In this document: in pieces, positions 16,699-26,601 of the stretch
Numbering within the stretch: the first letter of the stretch is position 1
Layout of the letters: every line of letters starts with the position of its first letter
Source: Methanosarcinales archaeon
GTDB taxonomy: Archaea; Halobacteriota; Methanosarcinia; Methanosarcinales; Methanocomedenaceae
Reading direction: 5' to 3'
Length of the DNA: 41,521 bases
Assembly: GCA_023136155.1 (NCBI GenBank)
Contig: JAGLRT010000009.1
Location: 1 to 41,521 of the forward strand
The notes under the pieces: model-generated
Seen by the model: the letters and a program-made list of their open reading frames with translations, nothing else
Database searches by the model: none
What the model was told of the DNA's origin: nothing
Made by a program: the position numbers and the translations under genes

Positions 16699-19600
16699 AT
16701 GCCCAAACGAGAGGATATTCACAAAGTACTTATTATAGGATCAGGCCCAATCGTCATCGGCCAGGCTGCAGAATTTGATTATTCCGGCACACAGGCCTGC
16801 AAGGCACTGCGCCAGCTTGGTTATGAAATTGTTCTGGTAAATTCTAATCCTGCAACTATCATGACCGATCCTGAGATGGCAGACACAACCTACATCGAGC
16901 CGCTAAATATTGAAACCCTGGAGAAGATCATTGACAAAGAGCGCCCTGACGCTCTTTTGCCCAATCTGGGCGGCCAAAAAGCACTGAACTTGTCCACTGA
17001 GCTTTATGAGAACGGTATTCTGGAAAAATACGGCGTAGAGATTATAGGGGTGCAAATCGATGCCATCAAGCGGGGCGAGGATCGTACCATTTTCAAAGAA
17101 ACGATGGACAGTGTCAACGTAGAAACTGCACGCGGTGAAACAACCTTTAGTGTCGAAGAAGCAGAGAAAATCGCAAAGGATATAGGTTACCCTGTGGTAG
17201 TCCGGCCTGCTTACACCATGGGCGGGACAGGGGGCGGGTTTGCCTACAACGTGGATGAACTTCGCACAATTGCCGCCAGAGGTATTTCTGCCAGCCTCAT
17301 CGGGCAAATACTTGTGGAAGAATCAGTGCTTGGCTGGGAAGAACTTGAACTTGAAGTTGTAAGGGATGCAAAAGGCAACAAGATCACGGTCTGTTTCATC
17401 GAAAACATCGACGCCATGGGAGTGCATACAGGTGACAGCTTTTGTTCCGCACCCATGCTCACTATTAACGAGACACTCCAGGCGCGCCTGCAAGACTATT
17501 CATACCGTATCGTGGATGCCATTGGCGTTATCGGAGGCACCAATGTACAGTTCGCCCATGACCCTGAGACTGACCGCGTGGTAGTAATAGAGATAAACCC
17601 GCGCACATCACGTTCTTCTGCCCTTGCCTCCAAAGCCACAGGATTCCCAATCGCACTTGTTTCTGCTAAACTGGCAGGCGGCCTGCTGCTTGAAGAGATC
17701 CCCTACTGGCGTGACGGCACACTTGAAAAGTATACGCCTTCAGGCGATTACGTAGTCATTAAATTCGCACGCTGGGCATTTGAGAAATTCCCCGGCTCCA
17801 TCGACAAACTAGGTACCCAGATGCGTGCAGTCGGCGAGGCCATGAGCATCGGCAAGAATTACAAAGAAGCATTTCAGAAAGCCATCCGCTCACTCGAGAC
17901 CGGGCGTTACGGTCTGGGATTTGCCAAAAACTTCAACGACCTTTCACTTGACGAATTGCGAAAACTTCTGGTAGAGCCTTCTTCCGAGCGCCAGTTCATC
18001 ATATACGAAACCCTGCGAAAAGGGATGTCTGTAGATGAGTTATTCAGGATAACCCACATCAAACCCTGGTTCTTAGAGCAGATGAAAGAACTGGTTGAAC
18101 TGGAAGAAGAGGTGCTCAAACACAAAGGTGGCAAACTGCCGGATGATTTGCTTATAAAGGCCAAAAAGGACGGTTTTTCTGATAAATACCTGGGCCGGAT
18201 TTTAAGCTTGCCAGAGCAGGCGATACGCGAGCAACGCTTATCCATTGGATTGAAACAGGCATGGAACATCGTGCCGGTCAGCGGCGCAGAGGATGCAGCC
18301 TACTATTATTCCACTTACAGCGCAGACGATGAAGTGCCTGTATCAGACCGAAAGAAAATTATGATAATCGGCGGCGGACCGAACAGGATTGGGCAGGGAA
18401 TTGAATTTGATTACACCTGCGTACATGCCGCTTTTACCCTGCGTAACCTTGGCTATGAGTCTATCATGGTCAACTGTAACCCTGAAACGGTATCTACTGA
18501 TTATGATACTTCGGATAAACTGTACTTTGAGCCTGTTACGGTTGAGGATGTACTGAGCATCTATGAAAAAGAAAAGCCGGAAGGTGTCATTGTGCAGTTC
18601 GGCGGACAGACTCCACTGAACATTGCCGCAGAACTTGAAGCTGCGGGTGTGAAAATACTTGGTACATCGGTCAGAAGCATTGACCTTGCAGAGGACCGTG
18701 AGCAGTTTGCCGACGTAATCCGGAAACTGGAGATACCGATGCCTGAACCAGGTACTGCCATTTCACTGGAGGGAGCATTGGAAGTTGCCTCACGTATTGG
18801 CTATCCGCTGGTAGTTCGCCCGTCATACGTGCTTGGCGGCCGTGGCATGGAAATAGTCTATGATGACGAGATGCTGAAAAAATACGTTGTCGGAGCCATT
18901 GAGATAACACCAGAGACACCCATGCTCATTGACAAGTTCCTTGAGGATGCACTGGAGTGCGAAGTGGATGCCATATCTGATGGCATGGAAGTTTTCATTC
19001 CTTCAATCATGGAACACATTGAACAGGCAGGCATCCATTCAGGAGACAGCGCATGTGTGCTGCCTCCAGTGGGGATACCTGATGAACAGATGGATACCCT
19101 CATGGAATACACGCGGCGTATCGCAACCGAATTAAAGGTTGTCGGGCTCATGAACATCCAATACGCCATTAAGGATGGCAAGGTTTACATCATAGAAGCT
19201 AACCCACGGGCATCCAGAACAGTACCGCTTGTGTCCAAAGTCACAGGTGTATCCATGGCACGTATTGCAACCTTGGTCATCCTTGGTACGAAACTGGCAG
19301 ATATGGATACCCATACGCGTACTTATCCACATTTTGGTGTCAAAGAGACTGTATTTCCCTTCAACATGTTCCCTGAGGTAGACCCCGTGCTCGGTCCAGA
19401 GATGCGCTCAACGGGTGAAGTGCTTGGATTGGCAGATTCCTTTGAGGCCGCCTTCTTTAATTCCCAGGTTGCAGCCGGTTCATCGCTGCCACTGGAAGGT
19501 GCAGCACTAATCACTGTTGCGTCCAATGACCGTCAGCGTGCTTTGCCTGTTGCAAAGGAACTGGAGGATATTGGTTTTAACATTCTTTGTACCGAAGGTA

Positions 19601-19899
19601 CAGCCACTTTCCTGAGGGAGAACAGGGTTGAATGTGAAACTATCAAAAAATTGCATGAAGGCCGGCCAAATATTGTGGATGCAATGCACAATGGTGAGAT
19701 ACAGTTTGTCCTGAACACTCCTATTGGCAAGGAGGGTGCCTATGATGACAGCTACATCCGCAAATCTGCAATTAAGTACAACATCCCCTATCACACCACA
19801 ACTGCTGCCGCCCTGGCGGCAGCAAAAGGTATCAGGGCCGCAAGTGAAAAACGTATTGGTGTCAGGTCGGTTCAGTCTTACCACCGTGATTTGAAGTGA
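16699..19899 (+). CDS. carB: Carbamoyl-phosphate synthase large subunit
   Basis: It is 1066 aa with two ATP-grasp halves (IIGSGPIVIGQAAEFDYSGTQA and IIGGGPNRIGQGIEFDYTCVHA) and an MGS-like C-terminus. The SD GGTGA lies upstream of the ATG. Confidence 0.95.
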   Translation: MPKREDIHKVLIIGSGPIVIGQAAEFDYSGTQACKALRQLGYEIVLVNSNPATIMTDPEMADTTYIEPLNIETLEKIIDKERPDALLPNLGGQKALNLSTELYENGILEKYGVEIIGVQIDAIKRGEDRTIFKETMDSVNVETARGETTFSVEEAEKIAKDIGYPVVVRPAYTMGGTGGGFAYNVDELRTIAARGISASLIGQILVEESVLGWEELELEVVRDAKGNKITVCFIENIDAMGVHTGDSFCSAPMLTINETLQARLQDYSYRIVDAIGVIGGTNVQFAHDPETDRVVVIEINPRTSRSSALASKATGFPIALVSAKLAGGLLLEEIPYWRDGTLEKYTPSGDYVVIKFARWAFEKFPGSIDKLGTQMRAVGEAMSIGKNYKEAFQKAIRSLETGRYGLGFAKNFNDLSLDELRKLLVEPSSERQFIIYETLRKGMSVDELFRITHIKPWFLEQMKELVELEEEVLKHKGGKLPDDLLIKAKKDGFSDKYLGRILSLPEQAIREQRLSIGLKQAWNIVPVSGAEDAAYYYSTYSADDEVPVSDRKKIMIIGGGPNRIGQGIEFDYTCVHAAFTLRNLGYESIMVNCNPETVSTDYDTSDKLYFEPVTVEDVLSIYEKEKPEGVIVQFGGQTPLNIAAELEAAGVKILGTSVRSIDLAEDREQFADVIRKLEIPMPEPGTAISLEGALEVASRIGYPLVVRPSYVLGGRGMEIVYDDEMLKKYVVGAIEITPETPMLIDKFLEDALECEVDAISDGMEVFIPSIMEHIEQAGIHSGDSACVLPPVGIPDEQMDTLMEYTRRIATELKVVGLMNIQYAIKDGKVYIIEANPRASRTVPLVSKVTGVSMARIATLVILGTKLADMDTHTRTYPHFGVKETVFPFNMFPEVDPVLGPEMRSTGEVLGLADSFEAAFFNSQVAAGSSLPLEGAALITVASNDRQRALPVAKELEDIGFNILCTEGTATFLRENRVECETIKKLHEGRPNIVDAMHNGEIQFVLNTPIGKEGAYDDSYIRKSAIKYNIPYHTTTAAALAAAKGIRAASEKRIGVRSVQSYHRDLK

Positions 19900-19902
19900 T
19901 GG

Positions 19903-19910
19903 TTATATAA
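19903..19910 (+). promoter_or_regulatory. TATA-box-like element (TTATATAA) for the small membrane protein gene
   Basis: It lies just after the carB stop. The SD GAGGTGA at 19976-19982 precedes the ATG at 19991. Confidence 0.3.
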
Positions 19911-19990
19911 GTGGTGTTAATAGAATATTATTGACAGTAATTGAACGATTGAATATTATTGTTGAACTGAATTATTGAGGTGAGCACAAC

Positions 19991-20302
19991 ATGGAATTTA
20001 CTCTTAATTTATTTATTATATTAATCGGCATAATTTACGGTTTAGTCAATAAAGGCACAGAAGATTACCTGCACATACTGTTCAAGGGATTAAAGGTAGG
20101 TTTGGTACTAGGTATTATCGTGGGAATAATCGCCCTTTTAGTTGGCGGATTAACGGCAGGTATCTCTGCTGGCATTGTCGGGGGACTTGTAGCAGGTTTT
20201 ACAGGTTCTTTGCTGTTCGTTATATTGATGTTAGTGGTTACATTTGTCTTCATTGTTGGCGTGCTTATTGGTGATATCCTGGAAAAGGTACTGCGCAAAT
20301 AA
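19991..20302 (+). CDS. Small integral membrane protein (about 3 TM, glycine-zipper rich), unknown function
   Basis: Hydrophobic and Gly-rich segments include GLVLGIIVGIIALLVGGLTAGISAGIVGGLVAGFTGSLLFVILMLVV. A good SD is present. Confidence 0.55.
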   Translation: MEFTLNLFIILIGIIYGLVNKGTEDYLHILFKGLKVGLVLGIIVGIIALLVGGLTAGISAGIVGGLVAGFTGSLLFVILMLVVTFVFIVGVLIGDILEKVLRK

Positions 20303-20385
20303 CTGATAATGATAAAACTGGTCACAACAAATCTATGACACTTTGACAAATAGAGTTTTGATTAATTAACAATATATAAAGTATT

Positions 20386-21678
20386 ATGAACAATCCCGGC
20401 CCTATACTGCAAGTAGCTCTTGACCTGCTCGAACTGGACCGTGCCGTGCAGATAGCGGGTGAAGCCCTGGAGGGCGGTGCAGACTGGATTGAGGCGGGTA
20501 CCCCTCTTATCAAGAGCGAGGGCATGAATGCAGTAAGGGCACTTAAAAGCAATTTTCCGGGCAGCACTATCCTGGCTGACATGAAGACAATGGATACCGG
20601 CGCCATTGAAGTTGAAATGGCAACCAAATCAGGTGCCGATATAGTCATCCTGCTGGGAAGTGCCGACAACTCTACCATCGCAGATGCACGGAGGTCTGCA
20701 GATAAGTATGGTGCCAGGCTCATGTGCGACCTTATCTCGGTGACCGAACCGGTAGATCGGGCCATTGAACTCGAAGCGATGGGTGTGGATATAATCAATA
20801 TCCATGTGGGTATTGATATGCAGATGATGGGGAAAGATCCAATTGATGTGCTCAGGGAAATGAGGGGCAAAATACACATACTCATTGCAGTGGCGGGCGG
20901 TCTGGATGCAGGGTCTGCCGGCCAGGCTGTGTCGGCAGGTGCAGATATTGTGATTGTTGGCGGCAATATTACTCGCTCATCTAACGTGACCACTTCAGCA
21001 CGCGAGATACGGGAAGGTATGGATTTGCCATCATTCGCCCTAGTGGAGAAACATGATTTTGAGGGCGAAACCAGGCGGTTGCTGACTGGGGTATCAACTC
21101 CCAATATCAGTGATGCTATGCATCGCAAAGGTGCCATGCACGGTCTAATCCCCATAAACCCCGGCCTGAAGATGGTGGGTCCGGCCGTTACTGTACAGAC
21201 CTTTGAAGGGGACTGGGCCAAGACAGTGGAGGCCATTGAGGTGGCAGGGCCCGGTGAGGTGATCGTGATTTATAACGGCGGTAGCGACCAGATTGCTCCT
21301 TGGGGTGAACTGGCCACATTAAGTTGCTTGAACCGCGGGATTGCAGGTCTGGTCATCGATGGTGCGGTGCGAGATGTGGATGATATCAGGAAACTGGAGT
21401 TCCCAGTCTTTGCCAGTGCAGTTGTGCCTAATGCCGGTGAGCCAAAAGGTTTTGGTGAGATAAATGTCGAGATACAGTGTGCTGGCCAGACCGTTCGTCC
21501 TGGCGACTACATAGTGGGTGACGACAATGGTGTGGTGGTATTACCACGGGAGAGGGCTTACGAACTTGCCCGCCGTGCCGTGGAAGTGGAAAAGAATGAG
21601 AGGCGTATCAGGGATGAAATAATCAAAGGTTCCACCCTGTCTAAAGTTATGCAGTTGGAGAAATGGGAAAAGAAGTGA
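20386..21678 (+). CDS. Bifunctional 3-hexulose-6-phosphate synthase (OMPDC-fold) / RraA-like domain fusion
   Basis: The N-terminus [40 protein letters not shown] is HPS-like. The C-terminus [30 protein letters not shown]...[24 protein letters not shown] is RraA/aldolase-like. Confidence 0.8.
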   Translation: MNNPGPILQVALDLLELDRAVQIAGEALEGGADWIEAGTPLIKSEGMNAVRALKSNFPGSTILADMKTMDTGAIEVEMATKSGADIVILLGSADNSTIADARRSADKYGARLMCDLISVTEPVDRAIELEAMGVDIINIHVGIDMQMMGKDPIDVLREMRGKIHILIAVAGGLDAGSAGQAVSAGADIVIVGGNITRSSNVTTSAREIREGMDLPSFALVEKHDFEGETRRLLTGVSTPNISDAMHRKGAMHGLIPINPGLKMVGPAVTVQTFEGDWAKTVEAIEVAGPGEVIVIYNGGSDQIAPWGELATLSCLNRGIAGLVIDGAVRDVDDIRKLEFPVFASAVVPNAGEPKGFGEINVEIQCAGQTVRPGDYIVGDDNGVVVLPRERAYELARRAVEVEKNERRIRDEIIKGSTLSKVMQLEKWEKK

Positions 21679-21783
21679 ATATCCACACCCCACAGATTAT
21701 CTTATGAGGTACAGTCTCCGTCTAATACACCTTTAATGTAATATCCAATTCACAATTAATGTGTGCTGAATTACCCTTAACCA

Positions 21784-22809
21784 TTAATTTATGGTAGCAT
21801 CCACGACCACATGCCAGATGCCGGGAGCATATTTCTTGACTTTATGCCACTCATGTATCTCAGCCTTGCGCCCCTGAACATGTGCTTCGGTCATTATGCG
21901 TTCCACGGCCCTCTCTGGCATTAATTTTTCTGGTATTGTCTCATGGTAGTGTAGCACTCCGCCCGGTTTCAGGGCTCCAATACCCTGTGGCAGGTAGTGG
22001 TGTGTACTCCCGACATAACCCATGATTACGCGATTTGCTATTGATACAGGCGTCTTTTCGGCACAATCGCCCAGTATCGGTTCTACAATATCTTCCACAT
22101 GGTTCAACTTGATATTTTCTGTAAGGTAATGGTGTGATTCAGAGTTCAGTTCGATGGCAATAATTCTGGCAGGTCTGGCATGTGCTGCCATGTGTATGGT
22201 GAAATATCCGATACCTGCAAACATGTCCACCACTAATTCTCCCCGGCCCAGTTTCCCCATTCTTATCCTCTCATTAAGGTTGCCCTTACTGAACATGACT
22301 TTTGTAACATCCAGTTTGAACCTGCATCTGTTCTCGGTATGTACTACCAGGGCAGGATTTTCCAAACTATCACGCGCGGCAATAAGTTTACGAGTGGGTC
22401 GCCTCAATTCTCCTTCGATGCCCCCATCAAGATACACGCTCTTGCAATGGGGATACATGGTAAGCATTGCATCACCGAAAGTTGACTGGACCGAATACAG
22501 GTCTGGGTGCAGTGATACGATAACTACATCACCAAGAATCTGCCATCCACGTGGCAGCAGATCCAGTTCATCTCCCTCCAAATACTTTTTCATCAGGTCT
22601 CGAAGAGCGGGTTGTTTTTCATAATAATCAGGATTTTCCTGCATGATATCAGGGAAGTGGCCAAATTCAGGCGGGACATCATAAGTAACAGGAATCTCCA
22701 AGTTGTTTCCCCTTACCTTCAGCTTGCGTCTGGCATCCATGTACCCGGCCCCAAGTAGTTGTTTCCTGAGGGTTTCAGCCTGTTCTTTTGGTACCAGTAA
22801 CGCTTTCAT
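21784..22809 (-). CDS. tRNA (guanine37-N1)-methyltransferase Trm5 / TYW2 (Met-10+) family
   Basis: The Met_10 methyltransferase core is ELVVDMFAGIGYFTIHMA...IIAIELN...VIMGY. The N-terminal extra domains fit Trm5-type proteins. Confidence 0.75.
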   Translation of the reverse strand: MKALLVPKEQAETLRKQLLGAGYMDARRKLKVRGNNLEIPVTYDVPPEFGHFPDIMQENPDYYEKQPALRDLMKKYLEGDELDLLPRGWQILGDVVIVSLHPDLYSVQSTFGDAMLTMYPHCKSVYLDGGIEGELRRPTRKLIAARDSLENPALVVHTENRCRFKLDVTKVMFSKGNLNERIRMGKLGRGELVVDMFAGIGYFTIHMAAHARPARIIAIELNSESHHYLTENIKLNHVEDIVEPILGDCAEKTPVSIANRVIMGYVGSTHHYLPQGIGALKPGGVLHYHETIPEKLMPERAVERIMTEAHVQGRKAEIHEWHKVKKYAPGIWHVVVDATIN

Positions 22810-22824
22810 TTATCCCATATCCTG

Positions 22825-23928
22825 CTATGATGGCAATATGAAAATAATTTCCTCCATGAGAATGACCCTGACGTCTTCACCGCCCGTACCTGTGAAGTGC
22901 ACAGGTTTTTTAATTGTCACTTGTTTGAACGTTGAGGGATGCATTACCTGCACCATATCATGTTCCACCGAGACCACTACTGCATTCTCGGCTTCGTCCA
23001 CATCAGCCACCTTATTTGCGTTTTTCAATCTATCAGTGTGCTCAGAAAATTCCAGCCCCGATTCCAGATATAGTCCGTTTGTCATTTTTGCAGAACGGTT
23101 GACCAGTACAGTATCCTTCCCTACATTGATTATGTCGCCGGGTACTAACCTTGGCAGCCTGAGACTATATGTTACCCTGTAAATGTCCTTGCCATCCTTC
23201 TTACCTGCCAATGTAGGGGATTCCGAATACGTGCATCCGAACCGTTCCACAGCCGTGCGAACTGCCTGTCTTGCAGTACTGTTGGAACCCAGGTATATAT
23301 CCGTTCCCTCTGGCAATTCCTGGGCATTGCTGATAAATGCAAATCGGTCTCCCCGCTGGTTCTGCCGCTCAACCACTCTATCTATCAGTTTTACCATCTG
23401 CTGCTGCTCATGCTCATCCGGGAAACGGCCCTCTGCTCGTATCTGTACTATTGCTTCGTAGTACCCTCCTGCCATACGGCTGCAGGCATCGCATGTCTCC
23501 TTTGAGATACGAACTTCAGTATTAAGTTGCGATTCTGCTTTAACACCTTTAATGTCGGCTGTTACTGTTATCTGTGCACGGTATATTGAAGCGTTGCTGT
23601 TGGTTAGTGAAATGGATGTAGTAACATCATGTGCTTGAAAGTCAATTTTCAGTTTCTGTTTGATGACGTCACGCATTAAATATTCTATTTCATAGTTCGG
23701 GTCTTCCCAGTGCTTACCTTTTTTCACAGATCCGCACATAGGACAGATATTAGCATGAATCACTAGTGGAATGCTGGCCAGGGTTACGGTCTCAAGGAAA
23801 CAGTTCCTGCACCTGCCGTCAATCTGGTGTTTGGTGGGACGGCCACACACGGGACATGGCACATTATTCATGGTGTTAATCATGTTGTGGTTTGTTATTA
23901 TGGGTTTCGATTGTATCGATGCCCGCAT
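22825..23928 (-). CDS. NMD3-family protein (archaeal homologue of the 60S export adaptor)
   Basis: Paired Cys clusters CPVCGR...CRNCF and CPMCGSVKKGKHWE with the NMD3 architecture. The true start may be a downstream Met (MINTMNNV). Confidence 0.75.
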   Translation of the reverse strand: MRASIQSKPIITNHNMINTMNNVPCPVCGRPTKHQIDGRCRNCFLETVTLASIPLVIHANICPMCGSVKKGKHWEDPNYEIEYLMRDVIKQKLKIDFQAHDVTTSISLTNSNASIYRAQITVTADIKGVKAESQLNTEVRISKETCDACSRMAGGYYEAIVQIRAEGRFPDEHEQQQMVKLIDRVVERQNQRGDRFAFISNAQELPEGTDIYLGSNSTARQAVRTAVERFGCTYSESPTLAGKKDGKDIYRVTYSLRLPRLVPGDIINVGKDTVLVNRSAKMTNGLYLESGLEFSEHTDRLKNANKVADVDEAENAVVVSVEHDMVQVMHPSTFKQVTIKKPVHFTGTGGEDVRVILMEEIIFILPS

Positions 23929-24005
23929 TAGTCCACATTACAATAAATTGGTTACACAATTCCGATTAATTAGAAATTTTTATAACTCATAGCCACATAT
24001 TCCAC

Positions 24006-24015
24006 CTTTATATTA
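24006..24015 (+). promoter_or_regulatory. TATA-box-like element (CTTTATATTA) upstream of the PCNA gene
   Basis: It lies about 40 nt upstream of the ATG. A GGAGG SD is at 24040-24044. Confidence 0.3.
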
Positions 24016-24050
24016 CCACATGTTTCCCTTATCAGGGACGGAGGCATTAC

Positions 24051-24788
24051 ATGTTCAAGGCTATTATAGAATCTGAAAAACTAAAAGAAACCATTGAATC
24101 CGTTTCAAGTATTGTTGATGAAGCTAAACTTAACCTGACTCCGGAAGGCCTGACCATACGGGCTGTGGATCCTGCCAATGTGGCAATGGTATCTATGACC
24201 ATGAAATCCAGCGCTTTTGAGGAATTCACAGCTACAGACGGTGAACTGGGTGTGGACTTGAACCGGCTCAACGATATTATGAGTATGGCTGAAAAGGCAG
24301 AGACTGTGGAACTTGAACTGGATGAAGAATCCCACAAACTGGTGATACGGATGAGCGGCCTGACCTATAAGATCGCATTGCTCGACCCCGCATCCATACG
24401 CAAGGAACCAAAAATACCGCAACTGGAACTTCCAGCATCAATCATATTATCGGGCAGTGACATGAAACGTGCTGTAAAGGCTGCAGAAAAGGTATCAGAC
24501 CATATAAGCATGGGTGTGGATGGTGAGACGTTCTATCTTGAAGCAGAAGGTGATTCGGACAGGATGCGTCTTGACATGCTCAAGGACCAGCTTATCGGTA
24601 TGAAGTCAGGAGATGCGCATTCCCTTTTTTCACTTGATTACTTATCAGATATGATAAAATCTGCAGGTAAGGCCAATGAGATCACTCTTGAACTGGGCAA
24701 GGACTTTCCTGTTAAGATCAATTTCAAGATAGCAGGTGGCAGCGGTGATGTGAATTACCTGCTTGCACCCAGGATAGAGTCGGATTAA
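24051..24788 (+). CDS. pcn: DNA polymerase sliding clamp (PCNA)
   Basis: MFKAIIESEKLKETIESVSSIVDEAKLNLTPEGLTIRAVDPANVAMVSM; 245 aa, the typical archaeal PCNA length and N-terminus. Confidence 0.9.
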   Translation: MFKAIIESEKLKETIESVSSIVDEAKLNLTPEGLTIRAVDPANVAMVSMTMKSSAFEEFTATDGELGVDLNRLNDIMSMAEKAETVELELDEESHKLVIRMSGLTYKIALLDPASIRKEPKIPQLELPASIILSGSDMKRAVKAAEKVSDHISMGVDGETFYLEAEGDSDRMRLDMLKDQLIGMKSGDAHSLFSLDYLSDMIKSAGKANEITLELGKDFPVKINFKIAGGSGDVNYLLAPRIESD

Positions 24789-24794
24789 TCCTTA

Positions 24795-25901
24795 ATGTAC
24801 ATAATGGATGTAGTGAAACTATCTTCTTATCCATTTTTAACCCAGGCAGCAGCACATGTTGCACAGATGGACTCGTCCATAGATGATATTGTAACATCCA
24901 AAGCTTACGGCATACCTCGTAGCCGGGCCAGGTCAAGGGTCGTCCAGTCCATCATGGGGGCGATTGAGAAAGACGACACCAAACCGGATGTTGCAGAACT
25001 GCTCTCCTATCCCATTGCCCGGATTTTAGTTTCATGTATAGACGATGCTTTTTTGACACGGCGTTATGCCCTTGCAGAGGCAAAGTTTGCCAATGCCAGG
25101 ATGCAAAAAGTGAATGATTATGGTACATTGCTGGAGATTGGCGCGGATTTTAACATTAATGCCAGTATTTCTGACAAAGGGTTCCAGATACATTTTACCG
25201 ATTATATCAGGGGTGCTGCCGGAATGCGGGCACTTAACTGGAAACTGGTGAACCGCAGGCTTAAATCGGGTTTTGTCAACATCACAAAGGAAGAATATGC
25301 ACGCTTGCTGCAGGAAGGTATCAGGGTGCGCATATTTAATTCATTGCCTCTCGCCGTGCCTGAGGGTTTCTGCCAGGCTCTTGAAGAATATATTGTTGAG
25401 ATTAAGACCTGCCTGGAACACAGCAAGAAAGAGTTTGGTGAGGAGGGCTTTGGTGAGATGGAACCGGGAAGTTTTCCGCCGTGTATCAAACATCTATTGT
25501 CAAGTGCCCAGGCCGGTGTAAATCTTTCACATTCAGCCAGATTTGCGTTGACTTCATTTTTGCTTAACATTGATCTTTCAGTGGACCAGATAATCCAGTT
25601 ATTTGGCGTGTCGCCTGATTTTAATGAAGAGATGACACGGTATCAGGTAGAACATATCGCAGGTGGTACTGGTACATCCTATAAACCACCGTCATGTTCC
25701 ACCATGATCACATATGGTAATTGTATGGGCAAGGATGTCTTGTGCAGGGAGATAGGTCACCCGCTGAACTATTACAGGAAAAAGAAAAAGATAGTAGCCA
25801 GTGAGACTGACAGCATAGTTGTCGAAGAGAAATCGGCATCGTCAAATGAACAATCCGTACATTCGGATGAATCATCACATACAGCAAAGGGGCATCCTTA
25901 A
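24795..25901 (+). CDS. priL: DNA primase large (regulatory) subunit PriL
   Basis: The FPPCIKHLL motif and the Cys residues of the Fe-S domain (SCSTMITYGNCMGKDVLC) are present. It is adjacent to pcn. Confidence 0.8.
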   Translation: MYIMDVVKLSSYPFLTQAAAHVAQMDSSIDDIVTSKAYGIPRSRARSRVVQSIMGAIEKDDTKPDVAELLSYPIARILVSCIDDAFLTRRYALAEAKFANARMQKVNDYGTLLEIGADFNINASISDKGFQIHFTDYIRGAAGMRALNWKLVNRRLKSGFVNITKEEYARLLQEGIRVRIFNSLPLAVPEGFCQALEEYIVEIKTCLEHSKKEFGEEGFGEMEPGSFPPCIKHLLSSAQAGVNLSHSARFALTSFLLNIDLSVDQIIQLFGVSPDFNEEMTRYQVEHIAGGTGTSYKPPSCSTMITYGNCMGKDVLCREIGHPLNYYRKKKKIVASETDSIVVEEKSASSNEQSVHSDESSHTAKGHP

Positions 25902-26149
25902 AAGGTTAGGATACATTTAAGTCAAATAGCCATACAATTAGATTAATAGAAATTGAAGTGGGGTTGAAAATTATACAAAGGTCATAGTAATAGAAAGAAA
26001 CCTTTAAATCTAATGTATGTATTATAGGGCGCTACGTCAGCAAAGTCTCCCTAGTATATAGATCGGTGAATAATTGGACTGCAAAAAATTTTCATTGCAA
26101 TATTTCCGTACAGGTTTAAGTGTAGGTTTAACTAATGCTGAATATAAGA

Positions 26150-26255
26150 GGGCTCGTAGCTCAGACAGGCAGAGCACCTGGCTTTTAAGGTGCATGGATG
26201 TTCCCATGCATTTGAAGATACCAGATGGTCGTGGGTTCAAATCCCTCCGAGCCCG
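26150..26255 (+). tRNA. tRNA-Lys (anticodon UUU at 26184-26186) with a 32-nt intron (26188-26219) at the canonical 37/38 position
   Basis: - Acceptor stem: GGGCTCG/CGAGCCC.
- D arm: GCTC-AGACAGGCA-GAGC.
- Anticodon stem-loop: CCTGG-CTTTTAA.
- 3' anticodon stem strand CCAGA follows the intron.
- T arm: GTGGG-TTCAAAT-CCCTC.
- Discriminator base: G.
- The intron folds into a bulge-helix-bulge motif (see findings). Confidence 0.85.
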
Positions 26256-26269
26256 TTTCTTCCCGCTTC

Positions 26270-26277
26270 TTATAATT
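26270..26277 (+). promoter_or_regulatory. TATA-box-like element (TTATAATT) about 24 nt upstream of the rpoH ATG; the transcript may be leaderless
   Basis: Position relative to the ATG at 26298. No SD is evident in between. Confidence 0.25.
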
Positions 26278-26297
26278 ACCCAGGGACGGATGTTGAA

Positions 26298-26543
26298 ATG
26301 AAAAATATGAAAGAATTCAGTCTAATTGGTCATAATATGGTGCCGCAGCATATTTTAATACCGGAAAATGAAGTTAACAAAGTACTGAAAGAATATGGTG
26401 TGGACAAAGAGCAATTACCAAAAATAAAACTTGCAGACCCGGTTATTGTGGAAATTGGTGCAGAAATTGGAGATGTGATTAAAGTAATACGCAACAGCCC
26501 CACAGCAGGAGAGGCTGTTGTTTATAGACTGGTAATTGAATGA
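26298..26543 (+). CDS. rpoH: DNA-directed RNA polymerase subunit H (Rpo5)
   Basis: MKNMKEFSLIGHNMVPQHILIPENEVNKVLKEYGVDKEQLPKIKLADPV...; its position heads the rpo operon. The upstream part of track ORF 26190 overlaps the tRNA and is rejected. Confidence 0.9.
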   Translation: MKNMKEFSLIGHNMVPQHILIPENEVNKVLKEYGVDKEQLPKIKLADPVIVEIGAEIGDVIKVIRNSPTAGEAVVYRLVIE

Positions 26544-26601
26544 ATTGTGAATATGTTGATTTAAAATTTTATTCTGCCAAAAATCAGGAAGGTGCAAATC
26601 C

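Noticed and set aside
20322-21236. 304-aa ORF antisense to the Hps-RraA gene
   Set aside because: It lies entirely within and opposite a well-supported gene. Its composition is biased towards S, A, P, I and R, as expected for an antisense shadow ORF. It has no motifs and no SD.
26037-26301. Track ORFs 26037-26240 (-), 26074-26301 (+), and the 5' extension of 26190-26543
   Set aside because: They overlap the tRNA-Lys gene and its intron. Only the rpoH portion from the ATG at 26298 is credible.
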